This document shows positions 50,624 through 64,000 of a stretch of 64,000 bases of DNA, piece after piece (position 1 is the stretch's first letter; each line of letters begins with the position of its first letter). Source of the stretch: an uncultured Methanolobus sp. (GTDB lineage: Archaea; Halobacteriota; Methanosarcinia; Methanosarcinales; Methanosarcinaceae); assembly GCA_963675495.1 (NCBI GenBank), contig OY776215.1, positions 2,304,001 to 2,368,000 of the forward strand. The letters are read 5' to 3'. The translations under genes were made by a program, and so were the position numbers. A model generated the notes under the pieces. That model ran no database searches, had not been told where the DNA came from, and saw nothing but the letters and a program-made list of their open reading frames with translations.

Positions 50624-50678
50624 AGGGCTTAGGACCCTGTCTCGTAGGAGTTCGTGCGTTCGAATCGCACCTCCCGCA
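50624..50678 (+). pseudogene. attR core plus 3' half of host tRNA-Leu(TAG)
   Basis: AGGGCTTAGGACCCTGTCTCGTAGGAGTTCGTGCGTTCGAATCGCACCTCCCGCA; no D-arm or 5' acceptor strand upstream. Confidence 0.92.
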
Positions 50679-50729
50679 TCATACTTTTCATTTTAGTAGT
50701 TCAATTCCATCTTTAGTTTCTATTCATTC

Positions 50730-51923
50730 TCATGAGATATGCATATCAAGACAGATTGAATCTACTATATTCATATCTTCATCAAAAAGCGCTAGTTCGA
50801 TACTATAATCTTCATAAGATAGAGTCTCAAGCTGATTGGAGTAATTAATTCCTTTTGATACATTACTAAATGGGGTTACACTTAGGCTTATTTTAAAAAA
50901 GAATTTTTCTACTACTTCTCCAGTGGCTTTATTGATTAGATTGCTTTTGACAAAGTAATCTTTTTGTGTTGCTGTAGGATTCGATACTGTGAAGTAGATA
51001 GACATAGAATCAAGAGAGGAAGTTTCTCTTTCCATCTCTGTATTTCCTTTTTGAATTATGTGGTACCCACCTTCATATCTGCCATCGAAACGTAGTAAAC
51101 CGATGTCTTCCGGATTCTTTCTGTTTGCAAAGTTCAGGCAGCTATAGTTATTGTTGGTGCGGTCGGTTACATATATGGACCCTTTTGGTGAGCTATCTGG
51201 TGCTTCATCCATTATCTCTATTGTAAAGGCCATATTTGTCGGCGCTATATTACTGACAAGTTTGTCATTAAAATCGCGCCAGTTGACAGGTACTGAAATA
51301 TGCCCTCCATCGAAGCCAAACAGATCTCTGGTAGTTGCACCGCTTGGGTCTGTGAGGTAGATGTATTCTTCATCGTATCCTACTGCAATAATTGCATGAC
51401 CTTTTTTTATACCTTCGGAATTTTCATACTGGAAAGCCATGAGTATTGGCTGATCTCTGTCTATATTGTCCTTTATAGCATTATTGAATTTTTCAACATT
51501 GAAATCACCAATGTTATATCCCCATACTATTTTCCTGGTTTTCAATGAAGAGAATTGCTTTGCACAATCTTCCAGTGAATTGTCATATGGGTTATATTGG
51601 CCTGAAAATGTGTCATTGTGGCCGGAATCAAAATATTCTGCCATCTCCCATGGTTCTATCTGGTAATTATTGTAGTTGAGAATCATTGAAAGGCAGTAGT
51701 AAAGGCACCAGTTTGTATCTCCTTGATTGTAGTATGGCACTGCCAGGACGGTATTTTCATATGGTGTTAGCTCAGAATTTCCGGATGAGTTTTCGGTTAT
51801 TCCTTCGGTTGGTGCAATATTGCATATAAGCAGTATAATAACAAAGGCTATTGTAGCTGTTACCTTTGCTGTAAAAGCAAAGCTAATTCTCCGAATAATG
51901 TCTGGATCCCCCGATCCGCTCAT
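50730..51923 (-). CDS. Secreted/membrane-anchored C39-like cysteine peptidase
   Basis: VPYYNQGDTNWC, GHAIIAVGYD...LTDP; N-terminal TM. Confidence 0.8.
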   Translation of the reverse strand: MSGSGDPDIIRRISFAFTAKVTATIAFVIILLICNIAPTEGITENSSGNSELTPYENTVLAVPYYNQGDTNWCLYYCLSMILNYNNYQIEPWEMAEYFDSGHNDTFSGQYNPYDNSLEDCAKQFSSLKTRKIVWGYNIGDFNVEKFNNAIKDNIDRDQPILMAFQYENSEGIKKGHAIIAVGYDEEYIYLTDPSGATTRDLFGFDGGHISVPVNWRDFNDKLVSNIAPTNMAFTIEIMDEAPDSSPKGSIYVTDRTNNNYSCLNFANRKNPEDIGLLRFDGRYEGGYHIIQKGNTEMERETSSLDSMSIYFTVSNPTATQKDYFVKSNLINKATGEVVEKFFFKISLSVTPFSNVSKGINYSNQLETLSYEDYSIELALFDEDMNIVDSICLDMHIS

Positions 51924-52206
51924 ACTCCATTTGACTCCTGGTCTTGTTTTTAAGGTTATATGTTAAGATCCATCACAGGATGGTCTGCAAACATAATTCT
52001 ACAATGCAGATACACATTGCACACCTGTCTTCAATTTTTTCAATCATGTTTGTTGTTATATATAGCTTGTTGCTAGTGAAAATCTACTAATTATTATTAT
52101 CATAAGATTGATTATTTACCACTATGCAACTGTTGCGTATCAATGGGTTATTTATGGTTTTGGGGAATAGAAAATATTATGTATAAAGGTGTTTTTCTAA
52201 CTTAGT

Positions 52207-54453
52207 GTGTCAGGAGATAATGAAATACGTGTAAGTCTGAGCAGAGACTTAACCCTCTTTGATATAACAATGATAGGTATTGCCGGGATGATAGGGGCCG
52301 GTATCTTTGCTCTGACTGGCATTGCCACCGGAATTGCAGGTCCTGCAGTCCTTCTTGCGTTTCTGCTAAATGGTATCGTTGCAACTTTTACAGGGCTTGC
52401 CTATGCTGAACTTGGTTCTGCCATTCCTGAAGCTGGTGGGAGTTATCTCTGGGTAAAAGAGGGTATTGGAAATCATTTCGGATTTCTGGCAGGCTGGATT
52501 GACTGGGCGGCTCATACAATTGCATGTTCTCTATATGCCGTCACATTCGGCGCATTTTTTTCCGAGTTTATAATTCATTTTTTAGGATATGATGGGATCT
52601 CACAGGGCACTTTGATCAGCAGCTCTGCATTTATGATTGTTACCCTTATGGCGTACCTTAATTATCTTGGTGCAAAAGAAAGCGGACGGATTGGTGGTAT
52701 GGTTACTCTTTTCAAAGTTGCTATCCTTATAGTGTTCGCTTTTTTTGGTATTTATAAAACATTCCTCACACCTGACTGGTCTGCTGCATTTCTTGCAGAT
52801 CCCTCATTCCTGCCTAATGGCTTTGGTGGTCTTCTCGTTGCAATGGGTCTTACATTCATAGCATTTGAAGGGTATGAGATAATTGCTCAGAGTGGTGAGG
52901 AGGTCAAGAATCCGGAAAAGAACATACCTCGAGCTATATTGTTGTCGCTGTGGGTTGCTGTTATTATATATATACTGGTGGCATTTGCTCTTATAGGTGC
53001 CATTCAAGTGGATGGACCAAGCTGGATATATCTTGGAGAGCTTGGTGAATTCAGTATGATACGGGTTGCAGATCAGATAATGGCATTCGGGTCTGTCCTT
53101 ATTCTTGCAGGTGGTTTTGTTTCTACGATAAGTGCCATGAATGCTACTGTTTATTCTTCTTCCCGAGTTGCGTTTGCTCTTGGAAGGATGGGTTATCTGC
53201 CAGAAGCTCTTTCCAGGATCAATGAAAAGAGAAGAACGCCTCATTATGCTATTCTTTTCAGTTACTTCATTATTGTATCTATGACGCTTGCACCTATCGA
53301 AACTGTTGCTTCTGCGGCGAACGTAATGTTCCTTATTCTCTTTATTCTGGTCAATTCCGTACTTATTATACTACGGTTTAGGCGACCTGATCTTAAAAGG
53401 GCCTTTAAGATGCCTTTTGCTCCTTATCTTCCTATAATTGCAATAGTTGTTCAGATTGCTATTGGTTATTATCTTGTAACTGCGATAGAACACACTACTT
53501 TTATTGCAGGGATAACTATATTCTGGATACTTGCTGGTTCATTTTTCTATTTCTCTTATTCTGAAAAAGAGATGAAGAAGCGCGTAAAAGGTCTCAGAAG
53601 GAAGGTCTATGAGGAAAAACCATTTGCTGAAATGGGTTATAAGATCCTGGTTCCTGTGAAAAATATCGCTACTGCAGGGGACCTTGCTAAGCTTGCCGCT
53701 ATGGTTGCAAAAGAAAAGAATGGTCACGTCGTTTTCCTTAAAGTGCTAACATTTCCGGAACAGACTCCTCTTTCAGCAACCGATTCTTATGTAGAGAATA
53801 AAAGATCTTTGATAAGGGGCCTTATTGATTCGGTGGATGTGCCTGCTGGTGGTATAATTAAAGTAGGGAGGGATGCTTCAGATTCGATTCTTGATACGAT
53901 CGAAGAGGAAAAGCCGGATATGATAATTATGGGTTGGAGAGGCAGGACATTCCGCCATGATTTTGTGCTTGGAAGCACGCTGGATCCTATTCTCCTAAAA
54001 GCTCCATGTGATGTTGTTGTTGCCAGATTTGAATCTGGTCGTAGTCTTGGGAATGTTAAAAAGATATTGTTGCCTACTGCAGGTGGCCCGCATGCAGCTC
54101 TGGCTGCTGAGTTGGCAAAGGACCTGGCAGTTGCTGAAAATGCCAGTGTTACACTGCTTAATGTGGGTAAGTCAGCTGATGATGAAGCCAGGGCATTTGC
54201 AGCATTCAGGAATCTTGTGGGCTTCTTTGAAGGGGTAGAGACTACTGAGAAATTCGTAGTTTCAGGCAATATCGAAAAAGGTCTGTCTGCTGAGGCTGAA
54301 AAGCAGGATGTTGTGTTCATAGGTGCTACTACAAGGCCTTTCCTGAAGAATTTCCTGATGGGTGTTTTCCCTGAAAAGATAATTAGCAATACTGATAAAA
54401 CTGTGATAATGACTCGTAAATGGATTACACTCAGGGATGTCCTCAAAAAATAA
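52207..54453 (+). CDS. APC-family amino acid permease with C-terminal universal stress protein domains
   Basis: MIGAGIF, YAELGSAIPEAGG, FIAFEGYE; USP-like KILVPV and ILLPTAGGPHA. Confidence 0.92.
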   Translation: MSGDNEIRVSLSRDLTLFDITMIGIAGMIGAGIFALTGIATGIAGPAVLLAFLLNGIVATFTGLAYAELGSAIPEAGGSYLWVKEGIGNHFGFLAGWIDWAAHTIACSLYAVTFGAFFSEFIIHFLGYDGISQGTLISSSAFMIVTLMAYLNYLGAKESGRIGGMVTLFKVAILIVFAFFGIYKTFLTPDWSAAFLADPSFLPNGFGGLLVAMGLTFIAFEGYEIIAQSGEEVKNPEKNIPRAILLSLWVAVIIYILVAFALIGAIQVDGPSWIYLGELGEFSMIRVADQIMAFGSVLILAGGFVSTISAMNATVYSSSRVAFALGRMGYLPEALSRINEKRRTPHYAILFSYFIIVSMTLAPIETVASAANVMFLILFILVNSVLIILRFRRPDLKRAFKMPFAPYLPIIAIVVQIAIGYYLVTAIEHTTFIAGITIFWILAGSFFYFSYSEKEMKKRVKGLRRKVYEEKPFAEMGYKILVPVKNIATAGDLAKLAAMVAKEKNGHVVFLKVLTFPEQTPLSATDSYVENKRSLIRGLIDSVDVPAGGIIKVGRDASDSILDTIEEEKPDMIIMGWRGRTFRHDFVLGSTLDPILLKAPCDVVVARFESGRSLGNVKKILLPTAGGPHAALAAELAKDLAVAENASVTLLNVGKSADDEARAFAAFRNLVGFFEGVETTEKFVVSGNIEKGLSAEAEKQDVVFIGATTRPFLKNFLMGVFPEKIISNTDKTVIMTRKWITLRDVLKK

Positions 54454-54850
54454 AGGCAAAAAGAGGAAATATTCTCTCGATTTCCTCTTATTTTGCCTAA
54501 TATTTTCGTATTTTTACTAGAATAGTCTTTTTTTATTGCAAGTCACAATTGTTATTCTATGTTTGTCCGCAACCTTTTTATATTAGCCTTGACTTGTAGG
54601 GGTGCTCTCACTGAGCCCAATGATGCGGCCAACGCATCAGGAAAATATGCTCTGTGGGAACAGATCGATGAAGTACTAATTTCATTTCATCAGGCAGGTG
54701 TTACAAAGGTTCCTTCTTTGTCTTCGAATCTCTTGATTCGGAAGGTATATATAGGATGGCGACCTTTGAAGGAGTCCGCGTGAATGCGCGAAAACACTTA
54801 CAATCACCGCCTTTTATTAAGTGGAGGCAAGAGTTCTTTCTTGTCTGACG

Positions 54851-54887
54851 TTGGATTTGGCAGTTCGATTAATTCTGGCCGGTAGTG
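54851..54887 (+). other. 5' strand of the pre-16S processing stem (bulge-helix-bulge)
   Basis: TTGGATTTGGCAGTTCGATTAATTCTGGCCGGTAGTG pairs with ~56520-56556 (CACTAACCGGTCAGAAATCGAAAAACTGTCAGATCCG). Confidence 0.7.
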
Positions 54888-55017
54888 TATAATATACTAC
54901 CATATAAGGAATTAATCAACTAATGTGCAAAGTAAAGAAATTCTCTAGTGAGAGTTCTTTCCTAAAAATTCCTTAAATGACTTCCAAAATGCATTAAACT
55001 TTTGTGTGAGATCAACA

Positions 55018-56492
<1,475 letters not shown>

Positions 56493-56596
56493 AAGCAAGA
56501 TGGACACAAAGTCCATCACCACTAACCGGTCAGAAATCGAAAAACTGTCAGATCCGAGAAAAATTACATGGATTCACTGTAAAAGGGGTCCAAGAG

Positions 56597-56669
56597 GGGC
56601 TTGTAGATCAGTTGGAAGATCGCCGCCTTTGCAAGGCGGAGGCCTTGGGTTCGAATCCCAACAAGTCCA
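56597..56669 (+). tRNA. tRNA-Ala(TGC)
   Basis: GGGCTTG...CCGCC-ttTGCaa-GGCGG...CAAGTCCA in the 16S-23S spacer. Confidence 0.95.
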
Positions 56670-56797
56670 TTATTAGTGCACCTGAAGAGTAATTTCTTCG
56701 GGGAAGGATGAAGTGGCTGAAGCAACGACAGCTGCAATGAGATCGTGTATATGCATGCATATATCAGACGCTCACTGGACAAAGTGAGATGGACTCT

Positions 56798-59715
<2,918 letters not shown>

Positions 59716-59815
59716 GTCTTGCTTTGTCCAGGCGAAATCTGATATGTGCATGTTTAATATACGCAATCTTATGGTAAAGTATAAATTCAATGGATTCAAT
59801 CATGAATCGCTCATT

Positions 59816-59887
59816 GCCAAGGTGGCGGAGCGGCTACGCAATCGCCTGCAGAGCGATTCCATTCCGGTTCGAATCCGGACCTTGGCT
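59816..59887 (+). tRNA. tRNA-Cys(GCA)
   Basis: GCCAAGG...ATCGC-ctGCAga-GCGAT...CCTTGGCT. Confidence 0.95.
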
Positions 59888-59912
59888 TTACCATTTACAA
59901 TTCATCATGAGA

Positions 59913-60038
59913 GAGATTGGCGGCCATAGCGGCGGGGCAATTCCTGTACCCATCCCGAACACAGAAGATAAGCCTGCCAGCGTTCCTTACTGTACTGAAG
60001 TATGAGAGTCTTCGGGAACTCTGGATCGCTGCCAACTC
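59913..60038 (+). rRNA. rrf: 5S rRNA (ends approximate)
   Basis: TTGGCGGCCATAGC...CCCATCCCGAACAC...CGCTGCCAA. Confidence 0.95.
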
Positions 60039-60209
60039 ACTCAACACTAACTACTAACTTTCTTTTTCTACAATGATTTTAACTTGAACTAATCTATTTT
60101 TTTTCTGGTATTATTGATTCTTACAATCTTTTATTGCTTTTTTGATTGTGCATGCATAGGTATAATTCTTTACATAATACATTTATACAATAATGATCAC
60201 AAATTCATT

Positions 60210-60584
60210 GTGACTGATGAAAAGCAGAAGATATTTCAAAAACTAAAACAATTACTTTCTACTTATGTACCACCTCTAGTTATTACTAGAGATGAGGGCA
60301 AAAGGTTCGATCTTTATGGGGATAAAAATGTTATTATTGATGGCAGGATGTATGAACAGGTCTACTTTGCATCCACGATCATATGGAAACACCATGTAGG
60401 ATTCTACTTTTTTCCTGTTTATTCGTATCGTGAAAAGTTCCTTGATACGCCTGACCGGTTAATGAAATTACTCAAGGGTAAATCATGTTTTCATCTAAAG
60501 AATTATGATGATTCCATTTTCGTAGATATTGAAACAATTCTTGAAAAGGGTCTTCAGATATATGTTGATGAAGGGTGGGTATAA
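60210..60584 (+). CDS. Conserved hypothetical protein (DUF1801-like)
   Basis: YFAS...KHHVGFYFFPVY...LKGKSCFH; GTG start chosen. Confidence 0.7.
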   Translation: MTDEKQKIFQKLKQLLSTYVPPLVITRDEGKRFDLYGDKNVIIDGRMYEQVYFASTIIWKHHVGFYFFPVYSYREKFLDTPDRLMKLLKGKSCFHLKNYDDSIFVDIETILEKGLQIYVDEGWV

Positions 60585-60683
60585 TCGATTTCATCTGTTT
60601 TAATCGTATAAATAAACCAAAACCACGCTTCACGTGGCAGTAATTCATAATCAATTAAATGAGTTGCCAAAAAATGGTTGTTT

Positions 60684-62120
60684 TCATTTCTGCGTGGTAA
60701 CAATGACATCTTCTCCAAGTACTCTTCTTTGTGCCTCACGTTTTGCAACTTCAATGAATTCTTCATTAGCACTTTTCTTTCCGTCCACCCATTTATCCAT
60801 AACAACACATGTGACAAGGTCTCCTGTAACATTGACCGCAGTGCGGCTCATGTCAAGGATTCTGTCAACTCCTATAATAAGTGCGATACCAGCAGTGGGT
60901 ATTCCTACACTGGTTAATATCAGGGCAAGGATAACAATACCTACTCCTGGCGTAGATGGAGTGCCTATCGAGGCTCCTACTACAGTGATCATTATCAGCA
61001 CTAATTCACCGAAGCCAAGGTCTATTCCAAACACCTGTGCAAGGAAAACAGCCGCTATGCTCTGGTAAAGGGCTGTACCATTCATATTTATCGTAGCGCC
61101 AAGGGGAATGACGAATTGGGATATAGATGGTCTGACCCCTATATTTTCCTCAGCCGTCTTTATTGAAAGTGGCATAACTGCAGCAGAACTGGATGTGGAA
61201 AATGCGAGCAACAATACATCTCTTATTGAATTCATAAAATTGACCGGATTTTTCCCAGTTACTATCAAGATGACCATCATATAGAATATGAGCATCATCA
61301 ACAATCCCAACAAAACCGTACCCACATAGACCAACATTCCCATTAAGGCATCAATTCCAAGATTTATTGTGAATTTACTCATTAGTCCAAAAACCGCAAT
61401 TGGGGCAAGCAGCATACTCCATTTGACAACTGTCATGCTTACTTCCTGCAAAGAACCTAACAATTCTAACATCGGTTTTGATTGCACAGGTGACATTGAA
61501 ACAAGAGCCACACCTATGATCACAGAGAACAGGACTACCTGGAGCATATCTCCGGTTGCAAGTGATCCCAATGGATTGGTTGGTACAATGGTAGTTATCA
61601 TGCTAGGAAGCTCAGAAACACCAGGTGTGGTCATGTCATTACCTGCTAGCTGTGTTGTATCTGACATCATTGTATCCTGGACAAGCTCGCTGCTGATGTA
61701 AGTTCCAGGATTTATTGTTAATGCAAGGGTAAGTCCGATGAGTATTGCAAGTGCAGTGGTAACAAGAAAATAGGCAACTGTACGAAGTCCTATCTTTTTG
61801 AGTTGTTGCATATCTTCACCAGATGCAATTCCCCTTATAATGGATGCAAAAACAAGCGGTACAACTATCATCTGGAGAAGTGCGAGGAATAAATAACCAG
61901 GTAATGCCAGCCATTCACCAATGGTGTACGATATTTCCTTGCTCAAAATGCCAGTGGTAGGACCAAGTGCAAGTCCGGTGACAATTCCCAGCATCATCCC
62001 GATGAGGATCTTTAACCATAGTCTGGTTTTTACAAGTTCATGCAGATGATGACTCAAATGCTTTAATGAACGCGGATGAATAAGCGAGAGGGGGTCTGGT
62101 AATTTATACCTGCTTGACAT
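60684..62120 (-). CDS. Dicarboxylate/amino acid:cation symporter (DAACS/Glt family)
   Basis: AFSTSSSAAVMP, GATINMNGTALY, DRILDMSRTAVNVTGD. Confidence 0.95.
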   Translation of the reverse strand: MSSRYKLPDPLSLIHPRSLKHLSHHLHELVKTRLWLKILIGMMLGIVTGLALGPTTGILSKEISYTIGEWLALPGYLFLALLQMIVVPLVFASIIRGIASGEDMQQLKKIGLRTVAYFLVTTALAILIGLTLALTINPGTYISSELVQDTMMSDTTQLAGNDMTTPGVSELPSMITTIVPTNPLGSLATGDMLQVVLFSVIIGVALVSMSPVQSKPMLELLGSLQEVSMTVVKWSMLLAPIAVFGLMSKFTINLGIDALMGMLVYVGTVLLGLLMMLIFYMMVILIVTGKNPVNFMNSIRDVLLLAFSTSSSAAVMPLSIKTAEENIGVRPSISQFVIPLGATINMNGTALYQSIAAVFLAQVFGIDLGFGELVLIMITVVGASIGTPSTPGVGIVILALILTSVGIPTAGIALIIGVDRILDMSRTAVNVTGDLVTCVVMDKWVDGKKSANEEFIEVAKREAQRRVLGEDVIVTTQK

Positions 62121-62186
62121 AGCAGTAAATTAAACTCAATCTTTAAATGGGTTTACGTTTTCTTCCTAAGAGCAAAATATTTTTTT

Positions 62187-62720
62187 TTATTTTTTTCGGA
62201 GTATACTTTCATCTATTGGATAGTATTCTGTGGCTGAGTTGATTAGTTCCACTGCTGTGTTTCTTTCAAAAGAATGGACTTCAACACGCACTCCACAGGC
62301 TTTAAGGTGATTTACAAGGGCTGTGAAATCCCCATCACCACTGACAATCACAACAGTATCTACTTTTTCGGATATGGCTATTGCATCAATAGCTATTCCC
62401 ATATCCCAATCACCTTTAGTTGATCCATCTGGTCTTATTTTGAGTTGTTTGGATCTTAGTTCCCATCCAAAGTTTCTTAAATGGTATTTGAATCCTGATT
62501 GATCAATGTCCTCAGTTTCGACCAGATAGGCAATTGCTCTTACAAGTTGTCTGCCTTTGAGTACTGTGGCGAGTAATTTTTCATAATCCAAGCGGCTGTC
62601 TGAATAATTGTTTCTTGCAGAATAGAACATATTCTGTACGTCAGCAAACACGGCAATTCTCTGGCTTCTGAATATATTTTCTTCATCGTAATCTGTATTA
62701 ACCATGGTTTGCTTCTCCAT
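62187..62720 (-). CDS. NYN (LabA/DUF88) domain protein
   Basis: VFADVQN, KGDWDMGIAID, VSGDGDF. Confidence 0.92.
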   Translation of the reverse strand: MEKQTMVNTDYDEENIFRSQRIAVFADVQNMFYSARNNYSDSRLDYEKLLATVLKGRQLVRAIAYLVETEDIDQSGFKYHLRNFGWELRSKQLKIRPDGSTKGDWDMGIAIDAIAISEKVDTVVIVSGDGDFTALVNHLKACGVRVEVHSFERNTAVELINSATEYYPIDESILRKK

Positions 62721-62867
62721 CAGAAATTCTGTATGTTATCCTATATATCGTACTCCTATCTAAAAGTATAGTTGCCTTCATATATTGTAGTGATATTTGA
62801 ATTGGGAAAGCATTTATGCCATTTGAACTTTATATCTTTATCTTCTTTACTTTTTAGGAGGAATAAT

Positions 62868-63566
62868 ATGGGATTATTCAACAGGATGGGAACAGTAATT
62901 AAATCGAAAATGAATAAATTAATGGATCGGGTAGAAGATCCCCGGGAAACACTGGATTATTCGTATGAAAAACAACTGGAAATGCTACAGGATGTTAAAA
63001 GAGGTGTTGCAGAAGTAACAACATCAAAAAAGAGGCTTCAATTGCAGCGATCGAAATTATCAAAGAACATTGAGAAACTCGATGGGCAGGCAAAGGAAGC
63101 TATACAGGCTGACAGAGAAGATCTGGCACGTCTGGCCCTTGAAAGGAAGAGTGCTCTTGCAATACAGGTTCAGGGTCTTGACCAGCAGATCGTTGACATT
63201 GAAAAAGAACAAGAAAAACTTGTTGCAGCCGAGAAGCGCCTTTCGACCAAAGTAGAAGTATTCAGGACAAAGAAGGAAACCATCAAAGCCCAGTATTCTT
63301 CAGCTGAAGCTCAGGTCAAGATAAATGAATCCGTGTCAGGTATAAGTGAGGAGATGGCTGACGTGGGTATGGCAATAGAAAGAGCTGAAAACAAAACAGA
63401 CCAGATGAAAGCTCGTGCATCTGCACTTGATGAGCTCATAGAAGTGGGTACACTCGATGATCTTACAAGCAGTGGAGATGATATTGACAGAGAACTTGCA
63501 AAAATAAATGCCAATTCAAGTGTTGACCTTGAGCTTGAGAAACTCAAAAAGGAGGCAGGCAAATGA
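62868..63566 (+). CDS. pspA: PspA/IM30 family protein
   Basis: MGLFNRM...EDP, EDLARLAL, coiled coil; AGGAGG RBS before ATG 62868. Confidence 0.93.
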   Translation: MGLFNRMGTVIKSKMNKLMDRVEDPRETLDYSYEKQLEMLQDVKRGVAEVTTSKKRLQLQRSKLSKNIEKLDGQAKEAIQADREDLARLALERKSALAIQVQGLDQQIVDIEKEQEKLVAAEKRLSTKVEVFRTKKETIKAQYSSAEAQVKINESVSGISEEMADVGMAIERAENKTDQMKARASALDELIEVGTLDDLTSSGDDIDRELAKINANSSVDLELEKLKKEAGK

Positions 63567-63841
63567 TCATAAGGATAGTTAGTGAAGGCCAGTATAAAGT
63601 ACCGAGCAGTCTTTTCGACGAACTGAACGTGATAGATAACAGAATAGTGGAACTTGTGTCTAAGGAAAATGAAGAGGAATACAGGGAAGAACTCTCAAAG
63701 CTCATTGGCATGATAAAAACCAATGGAAAGCAGCTTGATGACTCTGATATTGTGGAATCTGATATTATTGTACCACCCAGCGACCTGACATTCGAGGAAG
63801 CAAAGGAGATCTTTACGGGTGTAGGGGTATTTGAAGATTGA
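63563..63841 (+). CDS. PspA-associated protein PspAA
   Basis: MIIRIVSEGQY...ESDIIVPPSDLTFEE; overlaps the pspA stop. Confidence 0.85.
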   Translation: MIIRIVSEGQYKVPSSLFDELNVIDNRIVELVSKENEEEYREELSKLIGMIKTNGKQLDDSDIVESDIIVPPSDLTFEEAKEIFTGVGVFED

Positions 63842-63886
63842 ACTCAATGTCCTAAATGGTATTGATTGAACGCATTTGTTTCTGGC

Positions 63887-64000
63887 TTAAAAAGGCATAC
63901 TCCAGAGGGGATACCATTTCCCCACTTCATTTTCGATTGGTAGTTCTTTTTCCATCAACGATTTGAGCCTAAGTTCCATTGGATTATCCCTTTTGCTCTT
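63887..64000 (-). CDS. C-terminus of a PspAB-like protein (5'-truncated by window)
   Basis: Minus strand reads KSKRDNPMELRLKSLMEKELPIENEVGKWYPLWSMPF*. Confidence 0.7.
   Translation of the reverse strand, partial: KSKRDNPMELRLKSLMEKELPIENEVGKWYPLWSMPF

Larger units (their letters stand above)
35821..50636. mobile_element. ~14.8 kb integrative element inserted in tRNA-Leu(TAG)
   Basis: 13-bp direct repeats AGGGCTTAGGACC at both ends, split tRNA halves outside, tyrosine integrase next to the right end, R-M/Roco/Rep-like cargo. Confidence 0.93.

Noticed and set aside
35791-50678. Trans-spliced split tRNA (Nanoarchaeum type), since the trailer of the 5' half is partly complementary to the leader of the 3' half
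   Set aside because: The junction would need CUUA to pair with CUUA to form a bulge-helix-bulge, which it cannot. The duplicated core and adjacent integrase explain the split, and the complementarity is the attP palindrome.
50730-51923. C39-like peptidase as cargo of the element
   Set aside because: It lies outside attR, beyond the 3' half of the tRNA.

Overview
Chromosomal window from a methanogenic archaeon of the Methanosarcinaceae; the 16S sequence and gene content look Methanolobus-like, a judgement by eye. Housekeeping content: aroK, an FmdE-linked FecCD-type ABC operon, pan, uvrB, PGF-type surface proteins, two glycosyltransferases, a photolyase, a second ABC operon, an rRNA operon (16S-tRNA-Ala-23S-tRNA-Cys-5S) and psp genes. 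There are two accessory regions. The first is a decayed AT-rich island after tRNA-Gly, marked by an integrase remnant. The second and main finding is an apparently intact ~14.8 kb integrative element (35821-50636) inserted in the anticodon arm of the host tRNA-Leu(TAG). It leaves the host gene split into halves ~14.8 kb apart and carries its own complete, diverged tRNA-Leu(TAG) with a copy of the same promoter. Its cargo is a HEPN-motif protein, a type I R-M system, a structured non-coding block, an LRR-Roc-COR (Roco) GTPase, a Rep_trans-like putative initiator, a wHTH regulator and a Zn-ribbon tyrosine integrase. Product calls come from motif recognition only; no database searches were run.
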